DNA from: Nitrososphaerota archaeon
Lineage (GTDB): Archaea; Thermoproteota; Nitrososphaeria; Conexivisphaerales; UBA164
DNA length: 64,000 nt
NCBI GenBank assembly: GCA_023381255.1
Contig: JAMCTX010000003.1
Coordinates: 392-64,391, forward strand
Direction of reading: 5' to 3'
Part shown: positions 55,987-64,000 of the stretch, piece by piece
Numbering within the stretch: position 1 is the stretch's first letter
Layout: every line of letters starts with the position of its first letter
Notes under the pieces: model-generated
What the model saw: the letters and a program-made list of their open reading frames with translations, nothing else
The model's database searches: none
Told to the model about the DNA's origin: nothing
Position numbers and translations under genes: made by a program

Positions 55987-57078
55987 ATGTCAATTTATGA
56001 GGCAATTGACATGTTGAGAAGCTGCCAAACAGGCAAGCTCATGGATGCTGCGGCATCGATAAGGGATCATGAAAAAGGTAAAGTGATTACGTATTCACGA
56101 AAAATCTTCATTCCGGTTGTTAACCTGTGCAGGGACGAATGTAAATACTGCGGGTACAGGAAAGAGCCGGCACAGGGTGGTTCATTCATAAGCTTGCAGG
56201 AAATTGAAGGTTTGGTTAAGAAGGCCAGAGATGCACGCTGCACTGAAGCGCTTTTAGTTGCAGGCGACAGGCCGGAAGCCAGATATCCTGAGGCTAAACG
56301 GTTTCTGCATGATAACGGAGCTGGAAGCACAGCCGACTATCTTTTGAGAGCTGCAGAAACATCACTTGCAGGTGGCCTGCTGCCACATACCGATGCTGGC
56401 CTGCTCAGCATGAGTGAAATGGGGAAGCTCAAAAATTTTAACGCCAGCATGGGTGTGATGCTTGAATCAACCAGCAGGCTGTTGCTTGAACCCGGAATGG
56501 CCCACTGGAGGTCGCAGAGCAAGGTTCCTTCCCTCAGAATAATGATGCTGGAAAATGCCGGGAAGCTCAAAATACCCATGACAACGGGAATACTCCTGGG
56601 GATAGGCGAAACAATAGATGACATAGTGGAATCGCTGTTTGAGATCAAGAGGATCAATGACACTTATGGGAACATTCAGGAGGTGATCATTCAGGGATAC
56701 ACTTCAAACGAACACTCATCAATGGGCGTCTCCGTTGACCCAGAGAAGGTCAAGAGGGTGATTTCAATTGCCAGGCTGATTTTAGGGCCAGGCATGAACA
56801 TACAGTCGCCGCCGAACTTACTTGATTGCGAATCAATCATGGCGGCTGGCGCAAACGACCTTGGGGGCATTTCACCCCTGACCATTGATTACGTAAATCC
56901 GGAAAGGCCCTGGCCAAAAATAACCGAACTGGAAAAATCGTGTAACAGGATGGGGTTTAAGCTGAGGATTAGGCTACCTGTTTACCCGGAGTTTATTGAG
57001 CGCCCCGGATACGTTTCAGTGCGGGTAATGGAGCTCGTGGAAAAAATGGTGGACAAAAGCGGCCTGGTGATGGCGTAA
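55987..57078 (+). CDS. cofG: F0 synthase subunit CofG (radical SAM)
   Basis: CRDECKYCGY CxxxCxxC motif. Directly followed by a cofH-like gene. Confidence 0.8.
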   Translation: MSIYEAIDMLRSCQTGKLMDAAASIRDHEKGKVITYSRKIFIPVVNLCRDECKYCGYRKEPAQGGSFISLQEIEGLVKKARDARCTEALLVAGDRPEARYPEAKRFLHDNGAGSTADYLLRAAETSLAGGLLPHTDAGLLSMSEMGKLKNFNASMGVMLESTSRLLLEPGMAHWRSQSKVPSLRIMMLENAGKLKIPMTTGILLGIGETIDDIVESLFEIKRINDTYGNIQEVIIQGYTSNEHSSMGVSVDPEKVKRVISIARLILGPGMNIQSPPNLLDCESIMAAGANDLGGISPLTIDYVNPERPWPKITELEKSCNRMGFKLRIRLPVYPEFIERPGYVSVRVMELVEKMVDKSGLVMA

Positions 57079-58293
57079 ATGGAAGTCAAAAGCGTGGTTG
57101 ATAGGGCAGTGGCTGGGGAGGACCTTGATGAACAGGAAGTAACGTTTTTGCTTGGTCTGAGAGGCCCTGACCTGAATGCAGCTGCAGCTGCTGCTGACGC
57201 GCTGAGAAAGGAGCAAGTTGGCGATGTTGTAACGTATGTAGTTAACAGGAACATCAATTTCACAAACGCCTGCATACTCAGGTGCAAGTTCTGTGCCTTC
57301 AGCAGAAACTACAGGAACAGCGAGGCTTTCATGCTGCCGATAGAGGAGGTTGTGAGGCAGGCCGAGGAGGCCTGGAACCTTGGGGCAACCGAAGTCTGCA
57401 TACAGGCCGGCCTTGCCCCAGGCATGGACTGGAGGCTGTACCCAAAAATACTAGAACAAATCAAGGCAAGGGTTCCCAATATGCACATTCATGCATACTC
57501 ACCCGAGGAAATATGGTATGGGTCACGCCTTTCTGGAATGAATTACTCCGACTTTTTAAGAACGCTGATGGGGGCTGGCCTGGACAGCATGCCCGGGACA
57601 TCCGCCGAGATACTTGACGATAGCATAAGGAAAATCATTTCGCCGGGGAGGCTTCCTGTAAACGAATGGGTTAAGATTATCAAGGCTGCCCACAGCCTTG
57701 GAATACCGACTACAGCGACCATGATGTATGGCCATGTTGAAAACCTTGCCCAGAGAGCGGAGCATCTGCTGCTTCTCAGGGACATACAGAAGGAAACAGG
57801 TGGTTTCACAGAATTTGTACCGCTCAGCTTTGTGCCATACAGGACTGAGTTAAATTCATCCGGGGTGGTAAAATGGGCCCCAACCGCGTTTGAAACAGTT
57901 GCAATTTACGTTGCTGCACGGTTGGCACTTGGTTGGCACATTAAAAACCTGCAGGTGTCATGGGTCAAGGAGGGCCCTAGGCTGGCCCAAGCAATCCTGG
58001 CGGCAGGAGCAAATGACTTTGGGGGCACGCTGATCAACGAAAGCATATCAACAAGCGCAGGGTCAAGCCATGGCCAGTTCATGAACCCGAGGGAAATCAG
58101 GAGGCTCATCCTTGATGCGGGAAGAGTCCCTGCCCAGAGAAGCACAACTTATAAAATAATAAAACACTTCACAGAGGTTGAAGACGGAAACCCCATACCC
58201 CTCGAGGGTGCGGTTTACAGTGAAGAAAAATTTGGCAGCTTTAATGAACTAATTGCTGACAAAAAATTCAGGTTTAGCAGGCGGTCACCATGA
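57079..58293 (+). CDS. cofH: F0 synthase subunit CofH (radical SAM)
   Basis: CILRCKFCAF motif. Start abuts the cofG stop. Confidence 0.8.
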   Translation: MEVKSVVDRAVAGEDLDEQEVTFLLGLRGPDLNAAAAAADALRKEQVGDVVTYVVNRNINFTNACILRCKFCAFSRNYRNSEAFMLPIEEVVRQAEEAWNLGATEVCIQAGLAPGMDWRLYPKILEQIKARVPNMHIHAYSPEEIWYGSRLSGMNYSDFLRTLMGAGLDSMPGTSAEILDDSIRKIISPGRLPVNEWVKIIKAAHSLGIPTTATMMYGHVENLAQRAEHLLLLRDIQKETGGFTEFVPLSFVPYRTELNSSGVVKWAPTAFETVAIYVAARLALGWHIKNLQVSWVKEGPRLAQAILAAGANDFGGTLINESISTSAGSSHGQFMNPREIRRLILDAGRVPAQRSTTYKIIKHFTEVEDGNPIPLEGAVYSEEKFGSFNELIADKKFRFSRRSP

Positions 58294-58979
58294 ATGTCGG
58301 CGTCATCGAGTTGGTCCATTACGAGGAATGGATTCTTTCTCTTGGCGCCGACCGTGAATGGCGGGTTCAGGCAGGGCAGGCAAGGCTCATGCAAGAAGCT
58401 CATGCCGCGCTTGCAGATGCGGGCGCCTTCTTTGTCCCCTACACAGTGAATCAGGGAGTGGCAATATGCAACGGCATTTTGCGTGAAAAACTTGAGGCGG
58501 CAATTTACAGGATTGCACAGGCCTCGCCGGTGCCGTTCAGGTTCTCTTTCAGGAGCGCCCCAACTGTTACAAGCGCCCTGGAACTTGCATATTCAGCCAT
58601 GGAAAAGAACCTGCCTGAATGGGGAGGCGAAGACAACAGCGCTCTAATTGCAGCGCATTATGATTTGGACTCATATCTGGAAACAGTGCGCTCGAACGGC
58701 CTGCTTTATGCCAAAAAAAGGGTTGACGACCTTATAGGGCATGTAACACAGATTTCCAGCTGCATAGGCGGCTTAAGCATGTATCTTGGAGGGGACAACG
58801 TTATAATGTTTTCACACTTGGGTGCGCTGGAAAATATAGCTGGGTCTGTGCCTGATGGTGCCAAGGTGGGGATAGGGATAGGCCGTGTGCCCAGGCAGGC
58901 CGTTAAAAGGGCCGGCCTTGCCCTGACTGAAATAAGAAAGAGGAGGAACGTGAATGCGCTCGTCGTACAGGACGGCTGA
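58290..58979 (+). CDS. arfA: GTP cyclohydrolase III (ArfA-like)
   Basis: N-terminus VGVIELVHYEEWILSLGADREWRVQAGQARL resembles the MJ0145-type VIQIDNYGPWTVTP..RE.DLQ pattern. About 229 aa. Confidence 0.65.
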   Translation: MNVGVIELVHYEEWILSLGADREWRVQAGQARLMQEAHAALADAGAFFVPYTVNQGVAICNGILREKLEAAIYRIAQASPVPFRFSFRSAPTVTSALELAYSAMEKNLPEWGGEDNSALIAAHYDLDSYLETVRSNGLLYAKKRVDDLIGHVTQISSCIGGLSMYLGGDNVIMFSHLGALENIAGSVPDGAKVGIGIGRVPRQAVKRAGLALTEIRKRRNVNALVVQDG

Positions 58980-60033
58980 GCTGAACCTGCTCGGGGCTTT
59001 TATTGATGATGACCTGCACTATGAGCGCGGGGTTAGGATATACATTCAGGACAATGCAATAGTTGACATTGAAAAGGGCAGTGAAGGCCGGGCAGTGGCT
59101 GTCCCAGCAATATTTAACTCCCACGTTCACACTGGTGACTTTCTCTTTAATGAAGCGGGATACAGCCTTCCTCTTGAAAAGCTTGTTGCCCCGCCTGACG
59201 GATTAAAGCACAGATTGCTCGAAAATACAGACAAAAAATCCATGGTTTCTGCGAGGAAAAGGGCTATGAAGGGGATAATGTCAGGCGGCGTCATTGCTGT
59301 GGCGGATTTTGTGGAGGGTGGCGCTGCATTTGCCATGGAAGCAAAGAATTGCATGCCGCTTAGCCACCTGGTGTATGGAAGGCCGAAAAGGGAGGACTTC
59401 GAAAGTGAATTGCAGAAAATCAGGTTGTGGGCTGATGGTCTCGGGATACCTGATGCATTTTCATATTCAGAAGACGAAATGGAGAAAATGCGTTCATCAT
59501 TTCATGGAAGGATTTCTGTGCATGTATCTGAAACGGCAAAAAGCCACAGTTCCGGAGATTTCAGAACTGCAATGGACAGCCTTGACCCGTTCCTGCTTGT
59601 CCACGGCGTTCACTTTAACAAGAGGGAAATCAATGAAATAGCTGAAAAGGGGAAAAGCATAGCTGTCTGCATCAGGTCTAACATGTGGTTTTCAGTGGGG
59701 CTGCCGCCATTAAAGGAAATGGTTGAGACAGGCGCAAACGTTGTGCTGGGAACCGACAACGTGGGGTGGATCAAGCCGGACATATGGAGGGAAATGGAGG
59801 CAGCTATCACATTGATGAGAGGTGTAAAGGAAGCCGGGCGGGCCGTGCTAAAAATGGCAACTGTGTCGCCTTCAGCAGTTTTTAATTTTGGCGGTCCCAT
59901 AAAAAAGGGGGCTAAGGCCATTATGGTGCTGATGGATGGAAGGAGGATGGGTATGGACCTCACATACGAACCATATTATGCATTGATAAAGCGGGGCGGG
60001 CCAGAAATGGTGATGAGGACAATTGGGTACTGA
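58954..60033 (+). CDS. amidohydrolase superfamily protein, deaminase-type metal site
   Basis: Ordered ligand motifs NSHVH (HxH), VHVSE (HxxE), LVHGVH, GTDN. Overlaps arfA by 26 nt and arfC by 11 nt. Confidence 0.75.
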   Translation: MRSSYRTAELNLLGAFIDDDLHYERGVRIYIQDNAIVDIEKGSEGRAVAVPAIFNSHVHTGDFLFNEAGYSLPLEKLVAPPDGLKHRLLENTDKKSMVSARKRAMKGIMSGGVIAVADFVEGGAAFAMEAKNCMPLSHLVYGRPKREDFESELQKIRLWADGLGIPDAFSYSEDEMEKMRSSFHGRISVHVSETAKSHSSGDFRTAMDSLDPFLLVHGVHFNKREINEIAEKGKSIAVCIRSNMWFSVGLPPLKEMVETGANVVLGTDNVGWIKPDIWREMEAAITLMRGVKEAGRAVLKMATVSPSAVFNFGGPIKKGAKAIMVLMDGRRMGMDLTYEPYYALIKRGGPEMVMRTIGY

Positions 60034-60685
60034 TTTGCCATATGTAATAATCTATTCAACGATGACTGTAGACGGGCGGATAGCCAGCCAAACAGGATAT
60101 TCCAAGCTGAGCTGCCCGTGGGATTTAAAGAGGCTCCACGAACTCAGGGCCGCCAGCGACTGCGTCATGGTAGGCGCCGGGACTGTAATAGCTGATGATC
60201 CGTCTCTTAAACTGAAATATGCCAGCGGCATTGACCCATTGAGGGTTATAATAGACGGCAAGCTAAAGTCGCCCGCAAGCGCAAGGGTGTTCACCCAGGA
60301 ACCGTGGAAAACTGTGCTGATAACCAGCAGAAGAGGGCTGAAGGCAGAAGAGTTGGGCAAAAGGGGCGTAAGAGTGCTTGAGCTAAGCGGAAATAAAATT
60401 AAGATGAAGGAAGCCATGCGCGGGCTCTATGATTTGGGGTGCAAAAAAATAATGGTGGAGGGAGGAGGGAGGCTCAATTGGTCGCTAATGGAGGCAGGCG
60501 TGGTCAATGAACTTAGGGTTACTGTTTCTCCTTTCATATTTGGAGCTGGGAGGAGCCTGATTGACGGCACTGGCTTTCCAGACAGGGGTTCTGGCCCAAG
60601 GCTGGAGTTAAGGTCTGCCGAAGTATGTGAATGTGGCAAGGAAGTGCATATAATTTACGAGGTAAAGCCATCGCCAACAGTTTAA
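60023..60685 (+). CDS. arfC: 2,5-diamino-6-(ribosylamino)-4(3H)-pyrimidinone 5'-phosphate reductase (ArfC / RibD C-terminal-domain type)
   Basis: YVIIYSTMTVDGRIAS, VMVGAGTVIADDPSL, MVEGGGRLNWSL. Confidence 0.75.
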   Translation: MGTDLPYVIIYSTMTVDGRIASQTGYSKLSCPWDLKRLHELRAASDCVMVGAGTVIADDPSLKLKYASGIDPLRVIIDGKLKSPASARVFTQEPWKTVLITSRRGLKAEELGKRGVRVLELSGNKIKMKEAMRGLYDLGCKKIMVEGGGRLNWSLMEAGVVNELRVTVSPFIFGAGRSLIDGTGFPDRGSGPRLELRSAEVCECGKEVHIIYEVKPSPTV

Positions 60686-60877
60686 CGATAGATACATTTC
60701 AATCCTTGAAAGCGTACATTATTGATGCTAGATTAGCTTCAAAACTTCAAGACGGGGCGCGTAAACAAAGATCAAAAAGGAATAATATCTAAATGTATGT
60801 GGGTTAATGAGAGACAGGCAGCTTGACTTCAGGCTGAACGGCACCAAAAAGTTACTATTAAATTTATTCCTCAGGCA

Positions 60878-62029
60878 TCAATTTACTGTTTCAAATGCCA
60901 TTGCCGTTGCTCCACCTATGCCGTGGCATATGCTTGCTATGCCAGTTTTCGCGTGCAGCGCATTAAGGTAATCAAGCATCGTAACAACTATCCTTGCCCC
61001 GCTGGCTCCAATCGGGTGTCCAAGGGCAATTGCGCCGCCCCATGGATTAAGCCTGTCTTCAGTGATTTTAAATTCGTTCATAAATATATAGCTGCTTACA
61101 GCGAAGGCTTCATTGTTTTCAAAGTAATCTACATCACTGAGTTTCATCTTTGCACGTTCAAGCAGCTTTCTTACGGCAATTATCGGCGCTTCCGGGAACC
61201 TGTAACTTTCAACGCCTGCCCAGCTGTACCCCCTTATCCTTGCGATAGGCTTCACACCAGCCTGTTTAATGGCGAATTCGTCAGCAAGCACAAGTGCAGC
61301 CGCACCGTCAGATATCTGTGAAGAGCTTCCTGCCGTATGCAGCCCCCCAAAAGCCGGTTTTAGCTCTGACAGTTTTTCAATCGATGTATCCCTTCTTATC
61401 CCTTCATCCTTTTTGACTGCACCCTGCAATGGAACAATTTCCCGGTCAAAGTATCCTGAATCAGCTGCCCTGCCTGCCCTTATGTGACTTTCATATGAAA
61501 TGCGGTCCAGTTTTTCCCGGGAAGCTCCGTGTTCTTTCGCTATGATGTCAGCCTCCTCCCCCATCAGTTTCATGTTAAATGGATCGCGCAGGCCGTCGTA
61601 GAACATAGTATCCTTAAGGACTATTTCCGAACTTGCTCTGGCACCAGGCCTAATGGCAGCCGCAAACTGCGCTTGGCTCATGCTTTCAGTGCCCCCGGCT
61701 ACTACAACGTGAGCATCTCCTGCACTGATCATCTGAACGGCGTTTATGATGCTGATCATTCCGCTCGCGCACACCATGTCAACGCTGTATGCGTCGACAT
61801 TATTTGGTATGCCGGCCCTTATGGCGCATTGCCTTGAAATATCCTGTCCTTGGCCTGCCCTGAGCACGTTTCCCATTATCACCATTCCTATTTCACTGGC
61901 AGGCATTTTTGACCGCTTTACTGCTTCAGTTATCGCAATGGAGCCCATTTCAACAGCGCTAAAGTCCTTTAAAGCGCCCCCTAGCTTACCCAGGGGTGTC
62001 CTGACTGCTGAAACAACATAGACGCTCAT
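60878..62029 (-). CDS. acetyl-CoA acetyltransferase (thiolase)
   Basis: VDMVCASGM (active Cys), NEAFA, GHPIGASG, CHGIGGA. Confidence 0.9.
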   Translation of the reverse strand: MSVYVVSAVRTPLGKLGGALKDFSAVEMGSIAITEAVKRSKMPASEIGMVIMGNVLRAGQGQDISRQCAIRAGIPNNVDAYSVDMVCASGMISIINAVQMISAGDAHVVVAGGTESMSQAQFAAAIRPGARASSEIVLKDTMFYDGLRDPFNMKLMGEEADIIAKEHGASREKLDRISYESHIRAGRAADSGYFDREIVPLQGAVKKDEGIRRDTSIEKLSELKPAFGGLHTAGSSSQISDGAAALVLADEFAIKQAGVKPIARIRGYSWAGVESYRFPEAPIIAVRKLLERAKMKLSDVDYFENNEAFAVSSYIFMNEFKITEDRLNPWGGAIALGHPIGASGARIVVTMLDYLNALHAKTGIASICHGIGGATAMAFETVN

Positions 62030-62105
62030 AACTTATAATTGTACATCAGGCTAATTAAGCAGTTCTGTCAGCTGACTTTTTAAGCCTGCAGGCAAACCAC
62101 AGCGT

Positions 62106-62936
62106 ATGATAGTGGACTTGGGAACCATGGGAATTGAGCCCATACTGAACGGCTACCTCATCATTTCAGAGGGGGAGGCTGCAATTGTTGAGACTGGGCC
62201 GTCAAGCGTTATAGACGAATACATAAAAAGGGCGTCAAAGCACGTTGATCCAAGCAGGATATCATATGCGCTGGTTTCTCACATACACGTTGACCACAGC
62301 GGCGGTGCATGGAAGCTTGCTGACAAGCTTCCCAACGTAAAAATTGTCGTATATGAGAAGGGGGCCAGGCACCTGATTGACCCGTCAAAACTGATTGATG
62401 CCTCGGCAAAAACGCTGGGGGGCATATATGCGGTTTGGGGAGAGGTCAGGCCGGTCAGCGCAGACAGGGTAATGGCGGTGAATGATGGCAGCGCCATCAA
62501 GATCGGCAACTATGAGCTTGAACTCGTAGCCGCGCCGGGTCACGCGTCTCACAGTTCTGCATGGTACCTGAAAAATGAGAAGGTGCTGTTTCCAGGGGAT
62601 TCAATGGGCATGCTGTTTAACTACAGTATTTGGCCAGCGGCGCCACCTCCTTTTAACATGGCGATGTTCGAGCAGTCAGTAAAAAGGCTAAGCCAGCTGA
62701 ACCCAGAAAGGATATGCTTTCCTCACTTTGGATGTACGGACTCCGGCATTTTTGATTCAGTGGTCAGCGCTTACCGGGAAATTAATGAAATAGTAAAAGT
62801 TCATTGCAAGGCAAGCGATGACCAGATACTTCACGATATATTATCTATTGATAAATTCAGGAACATGCCGAAGAGCGATTATTTCAGGGACTTTCTGGAA
62901 ATGAACTTGAGAGGCTTGCCGGATTATCACGCATAA
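62106..62936 (+). CDS. MBL-fold metallo-hydrolase
   Basis: SHIHVDHSGG (HxHxDH) motif. Confidence 0.75.
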   Translation: MIVDLGTMGIEPILNGYLIISEGEAAIVETGPSSVIDEYIKRASKHVDPSRISYALVSHIHVDHSGGAWKLADKLPNVKIVVYEKGARHLIDPSKLIDASAKTLGGIYAVWGEVRPVSADRVMAVNDGSAIKIGNYELELVAAPGHASHSSAWYLKNEKVLFPGDSMGMLFNYSIWPAAPPPFNMAMFEQSVKRLSQLNPERICFPHFGCTDSGIFDSVVSAYREINEIVKVHCKASDDQILHDILSIDKFRNMPKSDYFRDFLEMNLRGLPDYHA

Positions 62937-62972
62937 CGCAAAGGTTATTGAACCGGAGTTTAAAATCAGTGT

Positions 62973-64000
62973 GTGAGCCTGCAGACGGACGTTTTGATCA
63001 TCGGAGCCGGGGCGCTTGGTGCTTCCCTAGCCTATGAAATGTCTTCAATAACAGACATTAACATCACCGTTGTTGACGCGGAAAGCGGCCCAGCATTTCA
63101 TTCAAGCTCTCGCAATACCGGCGTGGTTCATAGGCCTTTTTACCTGGACCCTGTAAGCAAAAAGGTATACGCCAAGAGCGCAACGGAATCATATGAACCA
63201 TGGAGGGAAGTCACTTTGAAAGCAAACCTGCCATGGGTTCAGAGGGGGGTCATGGAACTTGCATTAAATGAGAGGGATATAAAAGTGATAGAGAAGTACG
63301 GCAAATGGGCCATTCAGAATGGCATGGATGAAAAAGAATTCAGCCTGCTTGACGGGCAGGGCATAAGAAATTTGGAGTCCAGGGTTGTAGCAACTGGTGC
63401 CATTCTCAGCAACCTTGATTCAAACGTGAACTATGGGCCAATGGTTGGCTTCGTAATGGGGCTAGCCGAAAACAACGGCGTCAGGGCACTGTGGAGGACA
63501 AAGGCAGAGCGGATAATTGAAGCTGACAGTCCCACCGTAGTCTGCAAATCAGCAGACGGACAGGTGAACATAAAATCCAGGTTGGTCATAAATGTGTCAG
63601 GCGGAGGTGCATACAGCATCTCCAGGTCGCTTGGGCTGGCTTCTGAATACTCTGAGCTTCATTTCAGGGGGGATTACTGGAAAATAAAGGGGTTTGATGG
63701 GGTAAGCAGGAACATTTATACAGTTCCAAGAAATCCGGGCTATCCCTTTCTTGACCCGCATTTTATAATAAGGCCGGACGGTGAAACCGAAATAGGCCCC
63801 AACGCGTTTCTTGTATCAGGACCCTATGCCTACACGGGAACAATATCCGAGATTTTAAAATCAATAGCTGCTGCAAGCGAATGGAAGGCAATTAGTATGG
63901 TCCTAGACAGGGAAATGCTGAAGCTTGTGTGGAATGACTGGGAAATGAGCGTTTCAAGATCGCTTATGCTAAGGAGGGTCAGGAGGTTCATACCAGATTT
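62973..64000 (+). CDS. FAD-dependent oxidoreductase (L-2-hydroxyglutarate oxidase-like), 3'-truncated by window edge
   Basis: Not in the ORF track (no stop in the window). GTG start, then VLIIGAGALGASLAYE dinucleotide motif and SSRNTGVVH. I translated the first ~170 nt by hand; no stop noticed on reading to nt 64000. Confidence 0.65.
   Translation, partial: MSLQTDVLIIGAGALGASLAYEMSSITDINITVVDAESGPAFHSSSRNTGVVHRPFYLDPVSKKVYAKSATESYEPWREVTLKANLPWVQRGVMELALNERDIKVIEKYGKWAIQNGMDEKEFSLLDGQGIRNLESRVVATGAILSNLDSNVNYGPMVGFVMGLAENNGVRALWRTKAERIIEADSPTVVCKSADGQVNIKSRLVINVSGGGAYSISRSLGLASEYSELHFRGDYWKIKGFDGVSRNIYTVPRNPGYPFLDPHFIIRPDGETEIGPNAFLVSGPYAYTGTISEILKSIAAASEWKAISMVLDREMLKLVWNDWEMSVSRSLMLRRVRRFIPD

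Noticed and set aside
62066-62075. Perfect palindrome GTCAGCTGAC between the divergent thiolase and MBL hydrolase genes
   Set aside because: A single 10-bp palindrome is expected by chance at this scale. I found no second copy upstream of related genes.
1-64000. Search for CRISPR arrays, rRNA genes and a canonical cas operon
   Set aside because: I saw no regularly spaced direct repeats of 24-40 nt, no rRNA-like segments and no cas genes. The only Cas-related signal is the Cas4-like motif set in ORF 244-1035.

Overview
Archaeal chromosomal segment. The archaeal markers are aSUI1, eS24, S27ae/eS31, an eL38-like ORF, ABCE1, a four-subunit 2-oxoacid:ferredoxin oxidoreductase, an ADP-forming acetyl-CoA synthetase and an intron-containing tRNA. 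Gene content resembles acidophilic Thermoplasmata-like or related archaea, but taxonomy cannot be assigned from the sequence alone. Layout: (i) 1-6.9 kb is a mosaic mobile island next to tRNA-Lys(UUU). It holds a tyrosine integrase, an AT-rich orphan wHTH gene, two convergent IS6-like transposase genes and a Cas4/RecB-like nuclease ORF translationally coupled to a SWIM-finger transposase. (ii) 7-20 kb is housekeeping: transporters, SDR, a SUI1/Zn-ribbon/HExxH/NTase-kinase/S24e/S27ae operon, a TnpB remnant, XdhC, eL38-like, SurE, ABCE1. (iii) 20.5-54 kb is a large acyl-CoA catabolic region: FixCX-EtfBA, proline dehydrogenase/P5C dehydrogenase, an acyl-CoA ligase, a membrane Fe-S oxidoreductase with a second EtfAB, a beta-oxidation operon with a paired active/degenerate acyl-CoA dehydrogenase, OFOR, ACD, a methylmalonyl-CoA mutase operon and F420-type oxidoreductases. 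(iv) 55-60.7 kb holds an IS110 remnant with a structured non-coding end, then a tightly overlapping cofG-cofH-arfA-amidohydrolase-arfC operon. (v) The window ends with a thiolase, an MBL hydrolase and a truncated FAD oxidoreductase. No rRNA, CRISPR array or canonical cas operon was seen. Best candidates for new biology: the amidohydrolase embedded in the F0/riboflavin pyrimidine operon, the Cas4-like nuclease + SWIM/DDE pair, the putative heteromeric acyl-CoA dehydrogenase, the 13-nt D-arm tRNA intron, the decayed TnpB and IS110 elements with their guide/bridge-RNA regions, and a candidate C/D box sRNA. All functional calls come from motifs read by eye; no database search was run.
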